Shown: positions 45,999 to 56,350 of the stretch, one piece after another
How positions within the stretch are numbered: the stretch's first letter is position 1
Layout: each line of letters starts with the position of its first letter
NCBI GenBank assembly: GCA_041744215.1
Contig: JBGTLG010000015.1
Span: 128,001-192,000, forward strand
Reading direction: 5' to 3'
Length of the DNA stretch: 64,000 bases
Source: Fimbriimonadales bacterium
GTDB taxonomy: Bacteria > Armatimonadota > Fimbriimonadia > Fimbriimonadales > ATM1
Translations under genes and position numbers: made by a program
Notes under the pieces: model-generated
Database searches by the model: none
The model's input: only the letters and a program-made list of their open reading frames with translations
Told to the model about the DNA's origin: nothing

Positions 45999-47322
45999 AC
46001 GTCATCGAGACCGCTAGTGTCCTCTTTGCCATGTGGCTTATCGACACTCTGTGAAAGCCCTGTACCCCAGTTTCTAGTGTGTCGTTGAGCGGGTGGATCC
46101 AACGCTCTGGCAAGAAAGATTTACCTTGCATCGCGCCCAGGACCGAGCCGACGGTCGCGCCATTGCAGTCAGTATCAAACCCTGCCTCCACAGCAAGGCA
46201 AATCGATCGCTCGAAGTCCTGATCGCCCCACAGCAACGCCATCGCGACAATCTCCGCATTCGGGATGACGTGACACCAGTCGTGTGCACGATTTTCATTC
46301 CATCGAGTATGGATCTCGTCAACTGCCTGCGCTGAATGCGAAAATTTCTGTCGGTTCTCGAGTTGCCCCCGAATTGCGGCAGCAATCCGAGACTGCTCTG
46401 GTACTTCACCCAGTCCAGCATGGATCACGGTAGGCATGTCGGCCTGCACAAATGCGGCTGCGATCATCGCGGCAACCCACATCTCCCCATAGATACCGTT
46501 CCTTATATGGGAGATACGAGCGTCGCGCCAGGCGTATTCAGCAGCAAGCTCTGGATTGCCAGGATTGACGTAGCCCCACATATCCGCACGAATCTGTGCA
46601 CCGATCCACTCACGGTAAGGGTTGCGAAACCGTGCTGACGCGGGCGGCATGATTCCGTTTGCGAAATTTCTGTACGCAATCCGTTCGGCTGTGCAAGTGC
46701 GGAGGATTGGTATTCGGTCGAGCCAGAGGTTCGCTACGTCTTCGCAACTGAAGTCTCGTCCGTGCGCTTCGAGGATAGCGAGTCCGACAGTCGTGTAGTT
46801 CATGTCGTCGTCCTCCGGCATATGGGTCACGTTTTCGATGAAAGGGCCGCTTCGATCGATGTTGTGCTTCTCCAAGATTGCTGCAGTTGAGTCGATTGAG
46901 ATGTAGTAGCTTAGTGGAGCCTGGTCCGACTCATGCAGATAGCCCTTGATCTGTTCGCGCTTCCAACCCTCCACAGGCTTACCGAGAAGACATCCTGCGC
47001 ACCTGCCAAACCACGCGCCCTGAAGGCGATCCTCGATGCCACCGGCTAAAGCCGATCGTGCAAAGCGTCCGCTTGGCCGAGCCTCTCTAATGTGTGAGAG
47101 ATCCTCGGGCTCGACGAAGGGATAGTCGGCTCTGCTCGAGGTGGCTCGAAGTGCATCCAACAATTGGTGAGCGCGCCCCTGACCGCTCTCGGTTTCGAGG
47201 TCTGCCGCGTGTAGCTCATTTAGAGACGCAGCGCATACGGACAAGTCACGCCCTTCCTGTTCGCATTGGAGTTGCTCCGTCTGGAGGTCAGTGGCGTCAA
47301 GCCTCAGCCACAAGTGTTTCAC
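45997..47322 (-). CDS. ADP-ribosylglycohydrolase family protein
   Basis: GC.LGKPVEG, EDDD.NY, EWIGAQIRAD, GFDTDCNGAT.GS. Confidence 0.88.
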   Translation of the reverse strand: MKHLWLRLDATDLQTEQLQCEQEGRDLSVCAASLNELHAADLETESGQGRAHQLLDALRATSSRADYPFVEPEDLSHIREARPSGRFARSALAGGIEDRLQGAWFGRCAGCLLGKPVEGWKREQIKGYLHESDQAPLSYYISIDSTAAILEKHNIDRSGPFIENVTHMPEDDDMNYTTVGLAILEAHGRDFSCEDVANLWLDRIPILRTCTAERIAYRNFANGIMPPASARFRNPYREWIGAQIRADMWGYVNPGNPELAAEYAWRDARISHIRNGIYGEMWVAAMIAAAFVQADMPTVIHAGLGEVPEQSRIAAAIRGQLENRQKFSHSAQAVDEIHTRWNENRAHDWCHVIPNAEIVAMALLWGDQDFERSICLAVEAGFDTDCNGATVGSVLGAMQGKSFLPERWIHPLNDTLETGVQGFHRVSISHMAKRTLAVSMT

Positions 47323-47349
47323 AGAGACGATTTTGTACGAAGTCTCGGC

Positions 47350-50300
47350 TTAGAACCGAAGCTGGTAGTCGAATCGGAACACCCAGTTGCTCCAAGTATC
47401 TCCGACTGCGATTCCATCGCCCCAATTGATGTAGCCAAGTCCGACGCTGAGGGACTGGTTCGGGCCAGGCTTCTGTTCGAACAAAAGGTCGTAGGTGTTC
47501 TTAGTAAAGCGCTTTCCATCCGGCCGGTGGTCTTGCTCCATACTGTAGCTGAGTGTAACGGGGCTGCCGGTGTTCCTGAATAGCGAAGTTGACGCCATCA
47601 ACCTACGAGTCAGGGCGTTGCGGTCGTAAAGTCGCTCTTCCTGGAAGCCAAACTTAGCGCTTGCGAAGGAGCTGATGTTCCAGTCTACCGCCCATGAGTT
47701 CTTGGCTAGTGGGAGCGCCAATGAATTCAGCGGCACATTTTGCTGAGCTTTCTCTGGCAGTGTGTCGAGAGAATGTGACAGCGTAAACTTGTCATTTACC
47801 TTGTAGCTCACGTCGTAGTCACGTATCACCTGTTCCACGCCACCCGGAAGTGTGCGAAGCTTGTAAACAAGGTTAGCCTGCAGCGCCTTCTTGCCTGTCG
47901 GGTCATAAATGTACCGAAGCGTTCGGTCAGCTGCACGCTGCTGATTTGGAAGTATCACGTGACCATAATCCGCGCCGAAACCTGAGCCAAATGCCTTGAA
48001 TCCAATACTTGCAAGTGTGTTGTCCTTCTTCCAGATTCCAGCATCGGTATGGCTGTCGTAGCCCACGCTTATCTGCAGATCTTTCAAGAACCCGACGTTG
48101 ATAGGCTTCGGGTTCTTAAAAGAAAAGTTACCGAGCGCGGTGGTGCGCGTGTTATCGATGCGCTTCTCCTCGTATGAGCCCCCGAACTCGAAACCGTGAA
48201 CCTCGCCCGGAGTCAAACTCCAGTTGTAGTTACGCTTGCCGTTTCCGTTCGAGTTCAGCTCCCGATGCCATGACCAGCCAAACTTCATATTGTTCCCGAA
48301 GTCGTACCCGATGCCGTAGTTTCTCGTTTGGAGGTCGGCCTTGTCGGAATCCCTATCAACGAATATCTCAGTCACGTTGACACTCAGTCGACTGTTTAGT
48401 TGCCAGCCAAGCTTGTACGCCTGAACGTTTTCGTAGCCGCCGTCCGAGAACGTGGTCCGAATCTGCTCGGTCATAAAGTCGTTTTTAGGACCCAGCTTGG
48501 TTTCATACCTTGCATAGTGGGTGTTCCGATCTGGCGCGACTCCTTGCGAACCAGCGAAAGATTCGCGCTCTGTTCGCGCCGTCACTTTCCCGAAGCGTCC
48601 GAAGTCTTGGAAACCCTGGAGCACGAAGAGCTCGTTCTCAAAAAGCGAACCTGCCGCCCCGTCGAGTTTGTGCGAGTTGTAGAGCACATTCCACGAAGTC
48701 GACTTGTTCGGCGAGTAAGCCAGTTTCGCATTACGCTTGTATCGATGCAAATCTTGTTGCCCGTTGTCCGCGTCATAGACAAACGCTTCCAGTTTGACGC
48801 CCTTGATGCCATCGAACTTGAGGCCCGCGTCGAACTGTGTGTAACCGATCAACTCCTGGAAGAACTGGCGTTCGTGATCGTTTACCTGTGACGCTCGCGC
48901 GAACGTTTCGTCGACCTTTCTATACGCGCCCTTAAACTCCAAACCTTGTAACTTGAGATCCGCGGTATAACGCGTCAGGCCTCCGTTAGCACTGTTGACG
49001 TCTAGTGATGTGAAATCTAGCTTGGATTTCCCGCCGAGCGCTAACTGTCCAGCCAAATCTGTACGATCAAAGCCTGCCTGGAGTCCAAACAACTTTCGCT
49101 CCGCTTCGAGCAGGTCATGTACTCGGTCGAACCCTTCGTCAATCTTCGTGTTCCGATAGTCGAGTTTCACGCTCTTCGAGTCAATGCCAAAAATGGTGTA
49201 TTCGAGCCCGCCACCACTGTTACGGACTCCTGAGCGTTGATAGGAGAGCCCAAAATCCTTCAGTGGCGCACTCGTTAACTTAAGGAAGTCTCTGCTCAAC
49301 CCGGCTTCGCGAACCACAAACCCACGGTCGTTTCCATTGACCCCAGCCTTCGGGTCGTAGATCTGGAGTGTCTGCTGGATCATGCCGTCAAGTTCCGGCT
49401 GAGTTAAATCGCCTAACCGAGAGAATGAGGGGCTTGTTTCCCGACTCCAGTACCGGAAGTCCAATACACTTGTGCTGACGTCAAGCGCCATCGATTGCAT
49501 CGCATTGCCGCCGTATTCGATGCTCTTCTGGTCAAACCTCGCTGAGATCCCCTTCAATCCGTCGCCCGTTGCGAAGCTCAGCGAGTCTCGCTTCATGCCT
49601 CGCTCTTTGTGCCACTGCCCTCGTTCGTTCTCAATAAGGTCATTCGCTCTATCAAAGTTAGAGCTGACTTCCTGAGTGTTCCAGCTGCCGACGAGCCAAG
49701 CGGAATCGAATGACAGCGACTGTCGGTAGATGCCTGCGTCGTTCTCAGAGATGGAGTTCTGATCAAACTTCAGTGCGGCCGGTCCAAAGCTAAATCGTCC
49801 GCCGAACTTCTCGCGGGTGATTCCCCGTTCCTTCTGAAGCTGTTGCCGATCGCCCTCTGCTAAATCCTTGAACCGACTGAAATCACGATCGATCGCTCTT
49901 GAGGAATAGTAGGCGTCAAACATTGTCGACTTGACACCGTAGTTCTGAAACGTGATCTTGGATCCGCCATCGTCGATCGTCCTGAAGGAATTGTTGAAGG
50001 AAAGGCCGCCCGGCGCGTCCGTTGATAAGCCGAAGCCCATGCGAGTGATGCCCTTTTCCTTCTCAAGCTGCTGTGCGCGTTCCGCGCTGACCCCTGAACC
50101 TTGCAGCATCCCGAAGCCAGCAAACTTCTCACCTACGTCTGTGTAGTCTGCGGTCAGCTTCATCCCGCCAATAGTAAGGTCGAGGTTCTGCATCAGCAAC
50201 ATGTCTGTTGCGTTCTGCCCCTTTTTCGGCGCGGTCTTGTCGGGTGACGATCCGTCAGCCATCACAGTCGTCTCCGACTGAGCGCTCACAAGCAGCATCC

Positions 50301-50835
50301 CAGTTAGGCTCCCACCATTAAAGGACAGCGAGTTCTCGATGCCAGCATTATTCGATTGGATCATCGTTCCGTCAGCGAATCGCTGAGTACCGTTGAATCC
50401 CATCAACATGCGGACGCCACCGGTCTGCCCAAAGTTAAGTGAGAGCAAAGGAATGCCTCCGCCCCCGGCTGTCTGCTTTACTGACGGGTCGTGCCGATAG
50501 GCGACACGAATCGAGGAACTATCCCTCACTTGTGCGTTGATAAACAGCGCGCCGCCGCCATAGTCAACTGTGAAGTCCCTTCCCTCCGTCAGCAGTTTCC
50601 CATCAAGTTCGAGCTTCACCGTACCGGGAACAACGTTGCCGTACCGGAGCGCGTAGCTAAGCCCCGTCCGCTTGCCGGGAATAAGATCCACCGCTGCGCG
50701 GCCCTTGAGGTTGGTTGGGGGAGTCAAGATCGTCGAGTCGGTGACACCGCTTTGCATGGATTGGGCAAGCGTGGCAACAGGCAGCAGCGCAGCCGCTGCG
50801 GCCATAGCCAAGTGTGTCGTTTGCCTGATCCTCAT
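47350..50835 (-). CDS. Very large exported beta-rich, probable outer-membrane protein (1161 aa)
   Basis: Signal peptide (TLA|Q), alternating amphipathic beta-strands, C-terminal FDYQLRF (BAM-type signal). Confidence 0.7.
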   Translation of the reverse strand: MRIRQTTHLAMAAAAALLPVATLAQSMQSGVTDSTILTPPTNLKGRAAVDLIPGKRTGLSYALRYGNVVPGTVKLELDGKLLTEGRDFTVDYGGGALFINAQVRDSSSIRVAYRHDPSVKQTAGGGGIPLLSLNFGQTGGVRMLMGFNGTQRFADGTMIQSNNAGIENSLSFNGGSLTGMLLVSAQSETTVMADGSSPDKTAPKKGQNATDMLLMQNLDLTIGGMKLTADYTDVGEKFAGFGMLQGSGVSAERAQQLEKEKGITRMGFGLSTDAPGGLSFNNSFRTIDDGGSKITFQNYGVKSTMFDAYYSSRAIDRDFSRFKDLAEGDRQQLQKERGITREKFGGRFSFGPAALKFDQNSISENDAGIYRQSLSFDSAWLVGSWNTQEVSSNFDRANDLIENERGQWHKERGMKRDSLSFATGDGLKGISARFDQKSIEYGGNAMQSMALDVSTSVLDFRYWSRETSPSFSRLGDLTQPELDGMIQQTLQIYDPKAGVNGNDRGFVVREAGLSRDFLKLTSAPLKDFGLSYQRSGVRNSGGGLEYTIFGIDSKSVKLDYRNTKIDEGFDRVHDLLEAERKLFGLQAGFDRTDLAGQLALGGKSKLDFTSLDVNSANGGLTRYTADLKLQGLEFKGAYRKVDETFARASQVNDHERQFFQELIGYTQFDAGLKFDGIKGVKLEAFVYDADNGQQDLHRYKRNAKLAYSPNKSTSWNVLYNSHKLDGAAGSLFENELFVLQGFQDFGRFGKVTARTERESFAGSQGVAPDRNTHYARYETKLGPKNDFMTEQIRTTFSDGGYENVQAYKLGWQLNSRLSVNVTEIFVDRDSDKADLQTRNYGIGYDFGNNMKFGWSWHRELNSNGNGKRNYNWSLTPGEVHGFEFGGSYEEKRIDNTRTTALGNFSFKNPKPINVGFLKDLQISVGYDSHTDAGIWKKDNTLASIGFKAFGSGFGADYGHVILPNQQRAADRTLRYIYDPTGKKALQANLVYKLRTLPGGVEQVIRDYDVSYKVNDKFTLSHSLDTLPEKAQQNVPLNSLALPLAKNSWAVDWNISSFASAKFGFQEERLYDRNALTRRLMASTSLFRNTGSPVTLSYSMEQDHRPDGKRFTKNTYDLLFEQKPGPNQSLSVGLGYINWGDGIAVGDTWSNWVFRFDYQLRF

Positions 50836-50913
50836 TTCTTCTCTTCAGTCGATAGCTTTAATTCTGGCTAGTTGTCAAACCCGGTGAACCCCCGTATCGG
50901 TCGAGAGCATTCG

Positions 50914-51822
50914 CTATCTGCTCCCCTTGAAAGCGTCTTGTACGTCCGTGTTCTGATTCACTGCCTCCAGCCGCTTTCTAAGCTCAAGCCGAGGGTCTCT
51001 TGCGACACCCACCGATCCAGCAGACTTGGGTTCCACAGGCCGGCCTTCGGCGAAGGACTCCTCGCCCTCCTGGCTCATACCTGCCATCGCAACCACATCT
51101 GGCTGCTCAGGAATCGCTCGGCCGACGGGCCCGGACTCGGGTCCCATGCGAATGGGTGGAGTCGACCCAGCCGGGTTCGAAGTTGACGACCGCACGCTAT
51201 TGTTGCCATTCGGAGTACCCAAGCTGGGACTCGGGGAAGCTGCTGGAGTCGCAGCGGCAGTCTTAGGGCCTGAAACGGTACGGAGACCCATCTCTACGCC
51301 TCGAGGTTGAGGGGGAGCAGTCACGTCCGCAACCACGGTCCCCTCAGCCAAGCTCGAATCCACAGCAGGACCCGTAGTAGTCGCTGAAACGGGGAGAGGG
51401 ATCGAAGGGTGTTCTCCCACCGCCACGACGTCCACGACGGGAACCCCGTCCACTTGCGCCAACGGCCAATAGACCACCGCAAGAGCGGCAGCAGCAGCGC
51501 ACCCTGCCAAAGCCGCAACCCTCGGAACTCCAAATCGACCGAGCAGCGCAGGCCGCCGGGAAGTTGAGTTCAAAATGGCGTCGCGAAGCCATGCCGGGGG
51601 TTCAGCTGACTCAGCCATGAGCACGGCTGCCTGAGCTCGAATATCGGCGAGCATCTCCCGGGCCCCGGAGTTCTCCGCGAGGTACGCCTCAACCAGTCTG
51701 CGCTCTTTGAGAGAACACTCGCCGTCGGCGTACGCAGAGATCAGATAGAACATCTCCTCCGAGAGGCTCTCAGGCGCTGTCGCCAGTTCAATTTCGTCCC
51801 AAATATCGCGTTTCTGGTTCAT
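50914..51822 (-). CDS. Membrane anti-sigma factor (zf-HC2-like) with low-complexity periplasmic tail
   Basis: LISAYADGE.S..ERR.VE..L, PP.WLR..IL, one TM helix. Confidence 0.75.
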   Translation of the reverse strand: MNQKRDIWDEIELATAPESLSEEMFYLISAYADGECSLKERRLVEAYLAENSGAREMLADIRAQAAVLMAESAEPPAWLRDAILNSTSRRPALLGRFGVPRVAALAGCAAAAALAVVYWPLAQVDGVPVVDVVAVGEHPSIPLPVSATTTGPAVDSSLAEGTVVADVTAPPQPRGVEMGLRTVSGPKTAAATPAASPSPSLGTPNGNNSVRSSTSNPAGSTPPIRMGPESGPVGRAIPEQPDVVAMAGMSQEGEESFAEGRPVEPKSAGSVGVARDPRLELRKRLEAVNQNTDVQDAFKGSR

Positions 51823-51951
51823 AGTGTGCCTGCTCCGTCAGGGAGGATTGCTCCGAAACCCCGGGTGACATTCAGATTAGACCTCAGGAGGTCATAAGAG
51901 TGTCGGCAACTGAGCCGGCACTTCTGCCAGAGTTCTCCTTTTCAGCCCCCC

Positions 51952-51980
51952 TTGACCAAGGCACTTCTATCTGCCATAAT
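51952..51980 (+). promoter_or_regulatory. sigma70 promoter of rplJL
   Basis: TTGACC-N17-CATAAT with TG extension. Confidence 0.7.
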
Positions 51981-51990
51981 GTTCGACGGT

Positions 51991-52109
51991 CTCCGCAGAC
52001 AGTCGGCGCTCGTAAGAGCTTAATCCACCAGCCAACCGAGGGGCAGCGACAACCGAGCCAGAAACACAGTTTCAGTTTGGGGTCCCGCCTGCTTGGGCGG
52101 GACCCCAAA
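51991..52109 (+). ncRNA. Ribosomal protein L10 leader
   Basis: CCGCAGACAG..GG...GCUUAA...CC..CCGAGG core followed by a 15-bp hairpin (52076-52109), directly upstream of rplJ. Confidence 0.85.
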
Positions 52110-52132
52110 TCACTTCTACAAGGAAGAAAATC

Positions 52133-52828
52133 GTGGCAACTCCAAACAAGGTTGCAGCAGTTGAAGAGGCGCGTGCTTGGTATGAGCAGTCAATTGGGCT
52201 GATCTTCACCGATTATCGCGGCCTGTCGGTCTCCGAAATGCAGGAGCTTCGCAAGTCGCTCCGTGCAGTTGGTGCCGAGTTTCACGTTGTGAAGAACACG
52301 CTCTTTCGGCGTGCAGTCGGCGACGACATCGAGCAGTTTCCTGAAGAGCTACACAGCGGCACGACCGCGACGGTGTTTGTCTTCAAGGAGCAGCCCGCAT
52401 GCGCTAAAGCCGTCGTGACGTTCGGCAAAGCCCACCAAGCGCTTCAAGTGAAGGGTGGATTCTTTGATGGGAAGGTCTTTTCGGCTGAAGAGATCGACGC
52501 CCTTTCGAAGCTACCGAGCCGCGACGAATTACTTTCGATGATTGTAGGGCTCGTGGCGGCACCCATGTCACAGCTCGTAGGCGTCCTAAACGAAGTCATC
52601 GCCTCGCCGATTCGATTGATCGACGCGATCATCGAGAAGAGCGGCGGCAGCGCTCCCGAGGCCAAAGCTGAGGAGCCGTTGGCCGCTGAGCCACTGGCAG
52701 AGCCGTCGGCCTCGGAAACCGTGGATGCCGCCGAACCATCGACTGACGAAGTTCCGACCGCAGACGAAACCACACCTGCTGAACCTACCCCTGAATCTGA
52801 ATCTGAAACCTCCCAAGGAGAAAACTAA
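52133..52828 (+). CDS. rplJ: 50S ribosomal protein L10 with acidic C-terminal tail
   Basis: DYRGLSV, VVKNTL, KLPSR.EL. Confidence 0.95.
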   Translation: MATPNKVAAVEEARAWYEQSIGLIFTDYRGLSVSEMQELRKSLRAVGAEFHVVKNTLFRRAVGDDIEQFPEELHSGTTATVFVFKEQPACAKAVVTFGKAHQALQVKGGFFDGKVFSAEEIDALSKLPSRDELLSMIVGLVAAPMSQLVGVLNEVIASPIRLIDAIIEKSGGSAPEAKAEEPLAAEPLAEPSASETVDAAEPSTDEVPTADETTPAEPTPESESETSQGEN

Positions 52829-53211
52829 TGGCAACCGTTGTTGAAGAAATCGTTGACAAAATCGCTGGAATGTCGGTACTCGAACTCAGCGACCTGAAGA
52901 AAGCACTCGAAGAAAAGTTCGACGTCACCGCCGCTGCGCCAATGCCCATGATGGGCATGATGCCAGCTGCAGGTGGCGGCGAAGCCGCGGCAGAAGAGAA
53001 GACGTCGTTTGATGTCGTTCTCACCGCAGCAGGCGATCAGAAGCTTCAAGTCATCAAGACTGTTCGCGAAGTAACCGGTCTCGGACTCAAAGAAGCAAAA
53101 GACCTCGTTGATGCCGCACCCAAAGCCATCAAGGAAGGCGTGAGCAAGGACGAAGCCGAAAAGGTCAAGGCCGCTATCGCCGAAGCTGGTGGCTCTGTCG
53201 AAATCAAGTAG
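52828..53211 (+). CDS. rplL: 50S ribosomal protein L7/L12
   Basis: [31 protein letters not shown]. Confidence 0.97.
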   Translation: MATVVEEIVDKIAGMSVLELSDLKKALEEKFDVTAAAPMPMMGMMPAAGGGEAAAEEKTSFDVVLTAAGDQKLQVIKTVREVTGLGLKEAKDLVDAAPKAIKEGVSKDEAEKVKAAIAEAGGSVEIK

Positions 53212-53224
53212 TTTCGGTGATGCT

Positions 53225-53262
53225 AATCGGGCTTCGGCATCGCCGAAGCCCGATTCTATTTT
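53225..53262 (+). terminator. Intrinsic terminator after rplL
   Basis: AATCGGGCTTCGGC-atc-GCCGAAGCCCGATT-ctatttt. Confidence 0.8.
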
Positions 53263-53333
53263 ATGCAGGGTTCGCCGCCTCCGGTGGTGCAAGACAACCG
53301 TCAAAATGACACACCTCTGCTGAGGTCACCACA

Positions 53334-54647
53334 ATGACTCATCACTCATCGCCCCGACACAAGCCGGATATGACGTGGTGGAGAGAAGCGCGGTTCGGGC
53401 TCTTCATCCACTGGGGATTGTATGCATTACCCGCGGGCAAGTGGGGCGAGCAGGAACACTACGGCGAGTGGATCATGGACTCGGCGCAGATTCCCGTCGA
53501 AACCTACGAGCGACATTTGTCGGGGTTTAACCCTGTCAAGTTCGATGCAGACGAGTGGGTGTCTCTGGCAAAAGATGCGGGTACTCGATACTTGGTCGTT
53601 ACGACAAAGCACCACGACGGATTCGCTCTCTTTGACAGCAAGCATTCGAGTTACGACATCATGGCGACACCGTTCAAGCGCGACATCATGCGCGAGATCG
53701 CCGACGCAAGCAGGCGCGAGGGCATCTTTCCCTGTTGGTACCACTCAATCATGGATTGGCACCACCCTGACTACCTGCCGCGACGAAGCTGGGAAACGCG
53801 GAGCACAGATGGAGCGAAGTTCGACAGGTATGTCGATTATCTTAAGGGTCAAGTCGAGGAACTGCTGACAAACTACGGCGATATCGCGGTTATGTGGTTT
53901 GATGGAGAGTGGGAGAGCTCCTGGCTGCCAAAGTACGGTGCCGAACTGCTTGCTCATTGCAGGAAGCTATCACCCAGAACTATCGTCAATAACCGCGTGA
54001 GCCAGGTGCGGAGGGGAATGGAGGACGTTATGGGTGCTGCCGATTCCGACATGGCAGTCGGTGACTTCGGCACTCCTGAGCAGCACATTCCGGCAACCGG
54101 ACTCCCAGGTGAAGACTGGGAAACGTGTATGACAATTGGGGATCATTGGGGCTACAGCGCGTACGAGTCGAATTGGAAATCTTCACAAACTTTGATTCGG
54201 AACTTATTGGATGTTGTAAGCAAAGGCGGAAACTACCTGCTCAATGTAGGGCCTCGAGCAGACGGCACTTTTCCGCCTGAATGCGTTGAACGCTTGCGCG
54301 AAATCGGCGAATGGATGAAAGTCAACTCTGAGTCCGTATATGGAACAGAGCCGTCCCCCTTAGATACGCTTTGTTGGGGCAGGTGTACTCTAAAATCGGG
54401 GGCAGAAACATCAATCCTCTATCTGCACGTGTTCGACTGGCCAGCCGAGAGTGAACTAGTCGTACCAGGACTCGGCAACGATGTTCGGTCGGTTAGGATC
54501 TTAGGTGCTGGTACGGTCCATTGGCACCGTACCGATTCGAAGGTGATTCTTCAGCTGCCTCGTGCGCCATTGCACGATGCAGCGACAACGATCGAGTTGA
54601 TTGTCGACGGGCAGCCGAAAATCTATCCGCAGATACCAGGTTCCTAA
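53334..54647 (+). CDS. Alpha-L-fucosidase (GH29)
   Basis: FGLFIHWG, TTKHHDGF, MWFDG, VNNR, GGNYLLNVGP. Confidence 0.93.
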   Translation: MTHHSSPRHKPDMTWWREARFGLFIHWGLYALPAGKWGEQEHYGEWIMDSAQIPVETYERHLSGFNPVKFDADEWVSLAKDAGTRYLVVTTKHHDGFALFDSKHSSYDIMATPFKRDIMREIADASRREGIFPCWYHSIMDWHHPDYLPRRSWETRSTDGAKFDRYVDYLKGQVEELLTNYGDIAVMWFDGEWESSWLPKYGAELLAHCRKLSPRTIVNNRVSQVRRGMEDVMGAADSDMAVGDFGTPEQHIPATGLPGEDWETCMTIGDHWGYSAYESNWKSSQTLIRNLLDVVSKGGNYLLNVGPRADGTFPPECVERLREIGEWMKVNSESVYGTEPSPLDTLCWGRCTLKSGAETSILYLHVFDWPAESELVVPGLGNDVRSVRILGAGTVHWHRTDSKVILQLPRAPLHDAATTIELIVDGQPKIYPQIPGS

Positions 54648-54692
54648 CTTCCCTGCCGATCCTGAGTCTCTCCAGGTCAATGCTGTTCCACT

Positions 54693-54727
54693 AAAGAAAA
54701 AGGCGCCGCCGAATGAGTCGGCGGCGC
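54693..54727 (-). terminator. Intrinsic terminator after the PEP-CTERM gene
   Basis: Minus strand GCGCCGCCGA-ctcat-TCGGCGGCGC-cTTTTTcTTT. Confidence 0.8.
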
Positions 54728-54754
54728 AAGTTACTCACTAGAGCTAAACATAGC

Positions 54755-55438
54755 TTACTTTCTTCGTCGGCGAGCAGCAAGCACACCGAGACCCGCGACG
54801 AGCGCAGCCACCGTCGCCGGCTCCGGAACAACGTTTCCGCTGACGGTTACGTTGTCGAACCGTTGCGTTCCCGTGCCAGCGTACGTGCTGTTGGGATTTG
54901 CAGAGGTGTATTCACTAGTGCCAGGAACGAACACCGCGACAACGCGAAACGCGAAGTTCGCGTTGTCAGCAACGCCAGCGATCGACGAAAGATCGACCAT
55001 CCGTGGCGCGTGCCATGTATCTCCGCCCAATGCGCTGAACAGGCCGTCATTGAGCAGGCCCGCGCTTGAGAAGCTTGTGCCATCAACGGAGTATTGGAAC
55101 TGAACCCAGCTCGACGAAGTGTTGCTGTTCCGATGATCCCAGTCAACGATGATGTCCATATAGCCGACCGTTGAGACCTGTACCTCAATGCCTGCGGTAC
55201 CCGATCCTGTACCCTGCGCCGGATACCCCCGTGTGTTTGGTGCCCGTCCGCCTGTCGCCGCAGTGTTTCGATCCCATCCGGTAGCCCATTCGATCGCAGG
55301 GCCACCGATGACGGCAAACGTTCCCGCACCCATGCTCGGGGTGAGGACTTCGCCTTCGAAGTCCCACTGCGTGATGACCACCGCGTTTGCGCCCACTGTG
55401 ACTGCAATTAGCGCAAGCGCTGCAATTGCCTTATTCAT
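54755..55438 (-). CDS. PEP-CTERM sorting domain surface protein
   Basis: Signal peptide (ANA), C-terminal VPEP + TM + RRRRK; AGGAGA SD. Confidence 0.92.
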   Translation of the reverse strand: MNKAIAALALIAVTVGANAVVITQWDFEGEVLTPSMGAGTFAVIGGPAIEWATGWDRNTAATGGRAPNTRGYPAQGTGSGTAGIEVQVSTVGYMDIIVDWDHRNSNTSSSWVQFQYSVDGTSFSSAGLLNDGLFSALGGDTWHAPRMVDLSSIAGVADNANFAFRVVAVFVPGTSEYTSANPNSTYAGTGTQRFDNVTVSGNVVPEPATVAALVAGLGVLAARRRRK

Positions 55439-55500
55439 ATGATTGTCTCCTTTCTCCTATTGAGTGTGTTTGTTGAATGTATAGGGATGAAACGTGGCGC

Positions 55501-56298
55501 TTAACCAGGACAACTTGCGCCTGGCTCGGGATGCGGATAGAACCGCTCGCCATACATGAAGTTCTCTGGATCCAGTGTCTGCTCAATCCGGTGCCACTTT
55601 GCGTGGCCGTCAGAGAAGATGTAGTTGGCACCCTGTTGGTGTCGATCCCACTTAACCCGCACGATCTCAGGCTTATCGCTGGTACCGGTGAGTGCGTTCT
55701 TCGCGTCCTGGAACGTCGCCCGCCGATACTCGACACCAAGAGTCCACGTCGGACAAGGCTGCCCAGGAATGAATGCGCTCATCCCTTTGTGCACTCCCAT
55801 GATCGTGCCGTTCTGCAGCTTATCTCTGCGTTCAGCGAGCGTTATCACTTGAGCTGGGTACTCGATCGTCGACGCGTTTACGACAGTGAAGTCATGCGCG
55901 GAGATTACGTTATAGTTGTTGATGTACGAGTACAGAATCGTCACCGGCTGATTGTTGTTGTCCCTGGTGGGAAATCGAACGGGTGCCGGGTCTGACGGGC
56001 ACCGAAAGATCTGAAGATTTTGGACGTAGGGCTGTGTCGTGTAAACCCATGATCCGATTCGGGGGGAGCCCGAATTGTACGTAGTCTTCATGTACGTATC
56101 GTCATAATCGGTGATGTAGAGCATCACCGACGTACCCAACTGTCTCATGTTCGACAGACAGGACGTCTTCTTGGCAGCCTCCTTCGCGCTGGCAAAGACC
56201 GGGAAGAGTATCGCAGCAAGAATCGCGATGATAGCGATCACCACGAGTAGCTCGATGAGAGTGAATGCACGGTTCCGGGAGTTGTTTTTGTGTTTCAT
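55501..56298 (-). CDS. Prepilin-type N-methylation protein (DUF1559 / H-X9-DG-CTERM)
   Basis: [53 protein letters not shown]. Confidence 0.92.
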   Translation of the reverse strand: MKHKNNSRNRAFTLIELLVVIAIIAILAAILFPVFASAKEAAKKTSCLSNMRQLGTSVMLYITDYDDTYMKTTYNSGSPRIGSWVYTTQPYVQNLQIFRCPSDPAPVRFPTRDNNNQPVTILYSYINNYNVISAHDFTVVNASTIEYPAQVITLAERRDKLQNGTIMGVHKGMSAFIPGQPCPTWTLGVEYRRATFQDAKNALTGTSDKPEIVRVKWDRHQQGANYIFSDGHAKWHRIEQTLDPENFMYGERFYPHPEPGASCPG

Positions 56299-56350
56299 AG
56301 TGTGTCCCCCACATGCGGTTTCCATCACGGGAACAGCATGTCGTTTCGGT

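Noticed and set aside
45997-47322. ADP-ribosylglycohydrolase as part of a toxin-antitoxin or defence system
   Set aside because: No ADP-ribosyltransferase or toxin neighbour; this subfamily is common as a stand-alone gene.
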